A DNA stretch of 64,000 bases, from contig OX597827.1 of assembly GCA_951406725.2 (NCBI GenBank), positions 17,484,001 through 17,548,000 of the forward strand, read 5' to 3'. Position 1 is the stretch's first letter. The number at the start of each line of letters is the position of its first letter. Made by a program: the position numbers and the translations under genes. Source of the DNA: Octopus vulgaris. Taxonomy: Eukaryota. The notes below the pieces were generated by a model. It saw only the letters and a list, made by a program, of their open reading frames with translations. It ran no database searches and was not told the DNA's origin. Shown one piece after another: positions 54,650-64,000 of this stretch.

Positions 54650-55905
54650 ACTTCTCTCCTTATAATGTACAAAGCCTTTAATACAATAATATCGCAGAGA
54701 ATGAGCAAGCATCTGGAAGAAAATGACCTGTTTCCAGAAGGGCAGAAGGACTCATACGGATTTAAAGATTAACTAATGATCACTGTATCCATTACTGAAG
54801 ACAGCCGCAGAAAGAAGAAGGGTTTAAGTATGGCCTGGATCGATTACCGAAAAGCTTTTGATAGTATTCCCCACACATGTATCCCAGAAACACTAGCCAT
54901 GAACAAGGTAGCACCAATAATTGTGAAATATATAACACATTCCAAGAAGAAATGGCAGACAGTGCTACAGCTCCAGACAAAAGAGGGACTCATTAAAACC
55001 AAAGCCATCCCCATTAGAAGAGGAATATTCCACGGACATGATCTCTGTAGATGATCTAAAACTGTATGCTACAAGTGATAAGCAACTGGAAGAATTACTA
55101 CAGACAGTACACGGATTTACCAAAGAAGTAAGCATCAAATTTGGCTTTTAAAAATGTGTAAAAGCGAAAAACTAGTTAAGTCTAGCAACATCACACTAGA
55201 TAAAACAAATGAAATAAGAGAATTAGACCGAAGCCAGACATACACACACTTAGGAATCAACGAACTAGATACGATACAATAGGCAAAAACGAAAGAGAAG
55301 ATAAAATCGAATACTATAGATGAATCGGATTAATACTGAAAACAGAGCACAATGCGAAAAGCAAGATAATAGGTATTGACACACTAGCTGTCTCAGTTAT
55401 AAGTTACAGCTACAATATTCTTAACGGAAGTCTAAATGAACTAATCAAAATAGATAAGAAAACAAGAAAAACAACGACAGGGTTTAGGATGCACCACCCA
55501 AACTCTGACGCAGAAAAGGTTATATATACAACGTATGGAAGGTGGTAGAGGCTTTATACAGCTAGAAAACTATTACAAAATAACCACTATAGGACTACAG
55601 AAATACTTACTTCAGAAGCAACAAAAACTAATACAAATAGCCACAAAACACGAACAAAACAAAAAATTGTTTTCAGTCTTTAAGGAAGCTGACAAATACA
55701 AAACAAATTCAGTGCCTAACAACTATGAACAAACAGAAAAAACAGCAAAGCCGTAAAACAACTGAAATCCAAACTAAAACTGGTACGAATCATGATAAAA
55801 CTATGCCAAGAAAAGCCCCTTCATAGCAAATACTGGACTGAACTAATCGCAAAAGAAATAGAGAAAGCAAAAACGCAGCAATGGCTGAGAAGCTCGGGAC
55901 TCAAC
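54420..55905 (+). mobile_element. Degenerate R4/Dong-like RT fragment (second copy)
   Basis: LSMAWIDYRKAFDSIPH, IRRGIF, DDLKLYA and EGGRG motifs. The end (55805-55900) is homologous to the start of 53485-54380, and about 135 bp is duplicated at 54420/54649. Confidence 0.78.
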
Positions 55906-56249
55906 AACTGTGTATGATTACCACTCCGCTGCTAATGCACACTTCTCTCTTTCCATCTCTCAACTCCTATATGTTGTCACTTGGGCACAAATAGGGGACA
56001 AACGATGATATATACAAGTTTGGCCAAACGTCGCCCGTCAGTAAATCAAAACCATTTAATTCCAAGATTTATTTATGTTTAACAACTGAATGAATTTAAT
56101 AAAAGCATCTAAATATGAAACATCATGAAGATTGTTCAAACTGAAGTCCTTCCTGAGCAACACATTTTTCCATTCGAGTCAATACAGAATTACAGATAAT
56201 ATCTATGGAATTTTGATTTACTCTCAGGTGACTTCTGGCTAACCCTGTA

Positions 56250-56334
<85 letters not shown>

Positions 56335-56369
56335 GTATATATAAAGATATATGTATATATATATTGCTA

Positions 56370-56730
56370 AACAACCACATGGTTCCGGGTTCAGTCCCAC
56401 TGCGTGGCATCTTGGGCAAGTGTCTTCTGCTATAGCCCCGGGCCGACCAATGTCTTGTGAGTGGATTTGGTAGACGGAAACTGAAAGAAGCCTGTCGTAT
56501 ATATGTATATATATATATATGCGTGTGTGTTTGTGTGTCTGTGTTTGTCTCCCTAGCATTGCTTGACAACCGATGCTGGTGTGTTTACGTCCCCGTCACT
56601 TAGCGGTTCGGCAAAAGAGACTGATAGAATAAGTACTGGGCTTACAAAGATTAAGTCCTGGGGTCGATTTGCTCGACTAAAGGCGGTGCTCCAGCATGGC
56701 CGCAGTCAAGTGACTGAAACAAGTAAAAGA
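56370..56730 (+). mobile_element. SINE family A
   Basis: Family A body and tail. Confidence 0.82.
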
Positions 56731-56826
56731 GAGAGTAAAAGAGAGTATATATATATATATAAAGATAGATATATATATACATATGTATATATAAAGATAT
56801 ATATATATAAAGATATATATATATAC

Positions 56827-56877
<51 letters not shown>

Positions 56878-57045
56878 AACACACACTCACAAACACACAC
56901 ACACACACTCACATACAAACACACACACACACACTCACATACAAACACACACACTAACATTTAGCCGAACCAACTCAGTGACTCAATGTACGAGAGTCTC
57001 GTGTATTGGCACTTATCAATTATTAATAAAATATACAATTATATA

Positions 57046-57445
57046 GGCGCAGGAGTGGAGTGGTTGTGTGGTAAGAAGCTTACTTCTCAACCACATGATT
57101 TTGGGTTCAGTCCCACTGCGTGGCACATTGGGCAAGTGTTTTCTACTATGGCCTCGGGCCAACCAAAGCTTTATGGGTGGATTTGGTAGACGGAAACTGA
57201 AACAAGCCTGTCATATACATATATATATATATATATATATTTATGTGCGTGTGTCTGTCTCTGTCCCTCCACCATCGCTTGACAACCGATGTTGGTATGT
57301 TTACGTCCCCGTAACATAGCGGTTCAGTAAAAGAGTCCGGTCTAATATTTACTAGGATTACAAAGAATAAGTCCTGAGGTCGATATGTTCGACTAAAGGC
57401 GGTGCTCCAGCATGACCGCAGTCAAATGACTGACACAAGAAAAAG
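57046..57445 (+). mobile_element. SINE family A
   Basis: tRNA head through tail. Confidence 0.8.
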
Positions 57446-57529
57446 GATAAAAGAAAACCAATATTTTGATTTCTATTTTTCTTGTTTGCATTGCCATACC
57501 TATGTGTGCGTTTGTGTGTGTGTGTATAA

Positions 57530-57609
<80 letters not shown>

Positions 57610-57832
57610 GTATATCGTTAGCCACTACACATTTTTTCTCTCTCCTTGTTTCTCTCCTTGCTTTTTCTGTGTCCCTTTCTGTAGAAGGGCGTAGGCTCGA
57701 AACATAAAATATTTTTCTATCCCTGAGCATTATACTAATACATCTGTTTGCTTTTTGTACACCACCTGTCTTCGTCTTTTGTTTTTTTCGTAAACTCTCC
57801 CTATATATAATTATATATATATATATATATAA

Positions 57833-57869
<37 letters not shown>

Positions 57870-58461
57870 GTATTTATGTATGTATATACACCATCTACTC
57901 GAGGATACACAGACACTTAAAATATAGCGGAAACGTGGTATATTTATCAAGACATAGTGGCTGCTGACTTCGCCATGCACATGCAGTGCAAGGAAAATTC
58001 AGTTGCCATTGCAGGCAGATCAAATTGCTGCACAGAATTAAGTTATTAATTCAATATAATGCATTGTTTGAAGACGTGATGTGAATGTTCGGTGATGTCT
58101 GGGATGATATAGTATGATACAATTTGACATGGTCTGGCGTTGTGAGGTGAGGAGTGACTGATAGCTACTAATTGTATACAAGGGTTAATCCACGTGTTTA
58201 CGTTGGGTTTTCAAGCCGAGCTGTTCACATCCGAAATACTCACAGACTACATATTGATCGGATGAAATTCAGTCGCCATGTTGAATTTTGTCTTAACATC
58301 TTCGCTTCTCTAAATTTGTGTCTACGTATTTTCTCTCTCTTTTTTTTTCCATTCGGTTTTCCCTTTCTCTATCTCCCCCTGAAAATCTCCACCCTTCCTT
58401 ACTTTCTTCGTCTTCTCTTTCTTTTTATCAAATGAAATAAAAGAAAAGGCCCAGAACCTCA

Positions 58462-58686
<225 letters not shown>

Positions 58687-59080
58687 TAGAGAGATAGATA
58701 TAGATATAGATATAGACATAGATATAGATATAGATATATAGATATATATAAATGCAGAACGTTTGACTTGATAGTTCAGTAAAAATCTAACAACCTGCTA
58801 ATATGAATGCCAGCTATATCATTCTCTGTGCTCTAGCGATCCTTGTGGTGGAAGCCAGCACCACTCCATCGGAGAAGAAGAACGGTAAATACAAATCTTT
58901 GTCATATCTATAATTCATCGTAATGGAAAGAAATAGAAGGCTTAAAGTGGGTGGCGGGAAGATAAGCGTTTTTTGACGTTTCAAGCAGGGTTTCTCTTCA
59001 TAGAAACGCCTTCCCAAAACACCATTGTGCTTCTTATCCATTGTCTTTCGTTCTTTCTTTCTTTCTCTGTCTGTCTCGCT

Positions 59081-59161
<81 letters not shown>

Positions 59162-59318
59162 TGTACATATATATACATATATATATATAAAAACTTCCAT
59201 TTAGAGAAAAACTTCTAAGCAATTCAATATATATATATATATAAATGTATATACATATATATATATACATATATATATACATATATATATATACATATAA
59301 ATATATACATATATGTAC

Positions 59319-59391
<73 letters not shown>

Positions 59392-59470
59392 CATATATAT
59401 ATATATATTTATATATATATAAATACATATATATATACATATATATATATATACATATATATATACACAT

Positions 59471-59533
<63 letters not shown>

Positions 59534-60162
59534 TACATAAATATGAAATGTAGGTCTATAAAGTTTGAATGTGGATTCGTCCTTTAATTTAGAGGTTTCC
59601 AATAAAGGTATTTAATGTTGATTCTTCATACGCATTTGGAATTTAAATCTCAAATTTCCACACTCATCTGAAGAGGAAACGTCTATGATACCTCTTTAAT
59701 TATATCTTCAAATATCTGTTGTAGCTGTTAGCTACGGTTTTATATCCGACATGACTCACGTCTCTTTCTCACACGGATAAAAATATGAATCTCCTTGGTT
59801 CAATTTTTCTGCTATATTCCTAAGTTCCTTGCATTATGGCTTATAATCCATGCACCGAGGCGTAACTTGATATGCTATTAATGTAATTAATTTGATTTAC
59901 TTCAATCATGAACTTACAATATTATTATGTCACTGTACAAAATGACCGTCTACAAGAATTGAACTTCTTATATATTTTAACAACTTGTCTCTTCCATTTT
60001 TAACCAAATTGTTGAATTTTATGTGACTTCATTCCATAAATTCACCATGTTATATGCATACATATGTATGCATTCATGTATGTATGCATGTATGTATGCA
60101 TGTATGTATGTATGTATGTATGTATGTATGTATGTATGTATGTATGTATGTATGTATGTAGG

Positions 60163-60660
60163 TCAGGTCACTTTCGAGTGCTACTGGTAACATGTAACGC
60201 AGTACAACATGTTGCATGGTCGGGTTGTCTGTGACTAAACCGGCAACCCCACCAAGCTTGCTTGGTGAGGAGGGTATTTTTTGGACACCCTGCGGATGAA
60301 TAACAAAAGCCGTCAAAGGGCGGAGGAACTCTTGAGAGTCAACGGCCATCCAATAAATCTTTAAGGCTGTATCATGCGGGGGACATAGAAATAATCGGAC
60401 TGAATACCCGATTGCGCGGTTAAACCACTGGGAGTGAAGGACTCCTAGCCTTTGTAAGGGCATCCTTCTAGGAGAAGGTAACTCAGGTAACTAGGTTCTT
60501 CTTTTCAGATTATGGCTGCTGTTGCTTAGTGAGTGGGATTGACTCAGTGCACAGTCTTTCCTCACTTAAAAAAAAATCATCTTGCACAGGCATTGCACAA
60601 TAACAACATTGATTAAGCCCTCGCGCAATGGCCATACTCGATAACGAGGGGGCAGCCACC
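60163..60660 (+). mobile_element. Bipartite non-autonomous RTE-related element in (TATG)n
   Basis: The first about 190 bp is homologous to the RTE 5' UTR (18021-17835). The end ggccatactcgataacgaggggg resembles the RTE 3' stem-loop. Confidence 0.7.
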
Positions 60661-61022
60661 ATGTATGTATGTATGTATATATCTATCTGCGTGTGCGTGT
60701 GTGATTGGTAAAGAGGCGTGACGTAATAATTAGTATTGGTCGGGGCTCAGGATCCCTTGACTGGCCAGTACTTTGTACCCTTGAGAAAGACAAATAGTTT
60801 CCCGTTGCTCCAGTATAATCAGCCAAAAATGCGTGCCATTTGATTACCGCTGCCCGCGTCCATCCCCACCCTCAATCTCTCTGTCTGTCTGTTTGTCTGT
60901 CCGTCTCTCTCCCACCCTCTTCCTCCTCTCTTTCTCTCTCTATGTCTACTCGCCATTTTATATACATGTGAAGCAATAACCGAAAGCGTGGTACAAGCTA
61001 CACTAGGCTGTGACGGCTAAGT

Positions 61023-61076
<54 letters not shown>

Positions 61077-61236
61077 TGCAATAGTGGCTGTGTGGTAGGT
61101 AGCTTGCTTACCAACCACATGGTTCCGGTTTCGTTCCCACTGCGTCGCACCTTGGGCAAGTGTCTTCTACTATAACCTCGGGCCGATCAAAGCCTGGTGA
61201 GTAGATTTGGTAGGCGAACACTGAAAGAAGCTCGTC

Positions 61237-61286
<50 letters not shown>

Positions 61287-61685
61287 GTCTGTGTGTGTAT
61301 AATATGGGTGGTTTATAAGCAATTTAACAACCTAAAGGTAAATTTGTAGACGTCAGTAAAGTGACAGAGTATACCATACAGTACCCGCATTGCTAGAAAT
61401 AAGAGTCAAATGCCCTGTCTTAATGACTGACAAAGGAGTTGATTTTCCTAGCGCATGTAGCCAGATCACCGGCGATTTCGAATTTTGAAGCAGAACATCT
61501 TAATTCTCATCAGTGGCTCTTCCTGCGTCTTCGGTTAAACTGAACTCACCTTGTCAGCTTATAAAGAAACCGCTGTACTCATACACTGATTTCAAAAACG
61601 ATAGAAGTGATGAGTATAAGTAATATGGGTGGCTCATTAGCAATTTAATTACCTAAAGGCAAATCTCTAGACGTCACATATATAT

Positions 61686-61999
61686 TGAAAGCGTATGGCT
61701 TAGTGGTTAGGGTATTCAGCCCACTATCAAAAGGACATGAGCTAGATTTCTCGAGACATGTTGTACACTTTATTTCATGTTGTTTCAATCCACTCAGCTA
61801 GCAAAAATAAGCAGTATCTGTATTTCAAAGAGCCAACCTCGACACATCATTCTGTGTCACGCTGAATCTACTTGAGCACTACATTAAGGGTGCGCGTGTC
61901 TGTAGTGCGCTCAGCCAGTTGCATGTTAATTTCACGAGCAGCGTAGTCAGCTGATCAGATCAACTGGAACTCTTGCCACCGTAACCGACAGCATGCCAG
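61686..61999 (+). mobile_element. Old SINE with family B-type tail
   Basis: Diverged tRNA head and the gttaatttcacgagca tail. Confidence 0.6.
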
Positions 62000-62111
62000 A
62001 TAAGTGTATATATGTATGCATTCTTTTGTCGGTCTCAAACATTTGAGCGTTCCCATGGCGCACAACATTTAGGGTGATAGCTGACAACACCAAAAATTAT
62101 TCTCATTGCTC

Positions 62112-62513
62112 TTTACTCTTTTACTAGTTATAGCCATTTGACTGCGACCATGCTGGAGCATCGCCTTTAGTCGAGCAAATCGACCCCAGGACTTCTGAAG
62201 CCTAGTACTTATTCTATCGGTCTCTTTGGCCGGACCACTAAGTTACGGGGACGTAAACACACCAACATCGCTTGTCAAGTGATGTTGGGGAGGACAAACA
62301 CAGACTTACAAACATATACACACACATACATACACATATATACACATATACGACGGGCTTCTATCAGTTTCTGTCAACCATATCCACTCACAAAGCTTTG
62401 GTCAGCCCGAGGCTATAGTAGAAGACAATTGCCCAAAGTGCCCCGCAGTGGGAATGAACCCGGAACCATATTGTTGGTAAGCAAGCTACTTACCACACAA
62501 CCACTCCTGCGCC
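62112..62513 (-). mobile_element. SINE family A
   Basis: Full-length match to family A. Confidence 0.82.
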
Positions 62514-62589
62514 GCCTATATTCTATTGATTTGTATTTATTTCTGTGACAACAAATGATCTAATAAAGCAACTACCTAGCTACCCATAG

Positions 62590-62702
<113 letters not shown>

Positions 62703-63287
62703 CGTATTGGTAAATATCTGAATAAAAGGAACAATGGTATTTGCAAAAGAAATCTCCTTAGTATCATCACCTCAAAAATTCCTTTGATGACAATATGACG
62801 CAAACCAGGGCAACGACACAAGGGAAAGCTTCTTTTTGGGGGCAATGTCAACAGGGACGACGACTAAACATGATAACCACTTATTGTTTTTTTAGGGAAG
62901 ATTTTATAATAATTATAAAGTGTCATAGTAAACATTCGCTTTCACCATTTGAATGCTGCCTTACAGATTGCTGTTACGTCTTGCAAGACGCAACCTTGGA
63001 AAGACTACTCTAGCTAACGCTTCCAATATCAAGAACAACAATTCGTGCTGTAGTCGTGATGGCAATTCATGCACACTTATTTAATCGATGACCGAATCAA
63101 TCAAATTGATCTTCAAAAGATAACTGATTAGTATGCTGCTATACCATCAGGCATCCCTTTTCGCAACCAATCTCATTATAACATTTAGTTCCTGAACATT
63201 TACATGCTGTCTCTGGAACAAGGCTGCTACTACACTCGATGCTACTCTGAGAAACGATTTAGCAGACATCAGAGCTCCAATAGACAT

Positions 63288-63360
63288 CAGTAGCGTGTTT
63301 AAACTATGGGCTATGAAGCAGCGGGGCTGCTTCATAGCCCATAGTTTAAACACGCTACTG
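63288..63360. repeat. Perfect 35-bp hairpin with a 3-nt loop
   Basis: cagtagcgtgtttaaactatgggctatgaagcagc-ggg-exact reverse complement. Confidence 0.9.
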
Positions 63361-64000
63361 TTACAACAGAAACTACACAATATACATAGCCGTGAAGCTT
63401 GGTGTTTGGCATTTATTTCGATATCATGATGTTTGATGATGCACACCTTCATATCCCTAAGTTTGCCAACTTGTAAACCTTGCTACACAGACAACATACC
63501 TCATTTTGCTTCACATTGTTAAAAAGATAAATCCCCTTTTTATAAATACACAATAGTCAATAGAATCGATTATTACAGACTCTTTTCTTCACTTTAGAGA
63601 TAAATTCCAAACATTCTGCTGAAGGCAAATAGTAGTTAAATTGTCATATATTATATTGAGGCACACACAGAAACTTATATGAAAACGTACATATTCACGT
63701 GTTTGTACACGAAGTAGCATAGCATTATTTTTTATTCCTATATATATATATATATATATATATACAGCTTCAAATAAACCTACACATGTTTCTACTGCAT
63801 TGATTAACAACCGTTGCAATTGCAACCTACTGTATGTATGTATTTATGTATGTATGTATGTATGTATGTATGTATGTATGTACGTATGTATGTAAAGCGA
63901 GACAGATGAGTGACAACCTGGCCACTGGTGGTGGTGTAACGCACCATGCTAATCATATCTGTCAGGCATGTGGAAGAGAGTGTAATTCGGTAGGAGGACT

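Overview
AT-rich, microsatellite-saturated eukaryotic DNA whose SINE and LINE content resembles octopus genomes (inference from repeat families). Most ORF-track entries are microsatellite artefacts. The main structure is a diverged tandem duplication (about 8320-28611 and 28877-44690). Each unit carries a minus-strand, two-exon gene that the ORF track shows only in pieces: a TATA/Inr promoter, a signal-peptide exon with a phase-1 GT donor, and a 302-nt terminal exon with a matching AG acceptor and AATAAA. The genes encode 122 and 127 aa secreted proteins with KR and KKK/KRK basic sites, resembling prepropeptides, that I cannot assign to any known family. Unit 1 has two tandem terminal exons, and the three exon copies diverge in a mosaic pattern. 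Both introns independently gained fold-back elements carrying Penelope-type hammerhead ribozyme motifs, one a perfect palindrome with 258-bp arms. Also present are a near-full-length frameshifted RTE LINE and a bipartite non-autonomous relative, mariner, hAT, Helitron, CR1, Tx1 and R4/Dong remnants, several SINE families and a 43-bp VNTR upstream of each gene. Alignments and counts were done by eye, and repeat boundaries are approximate.
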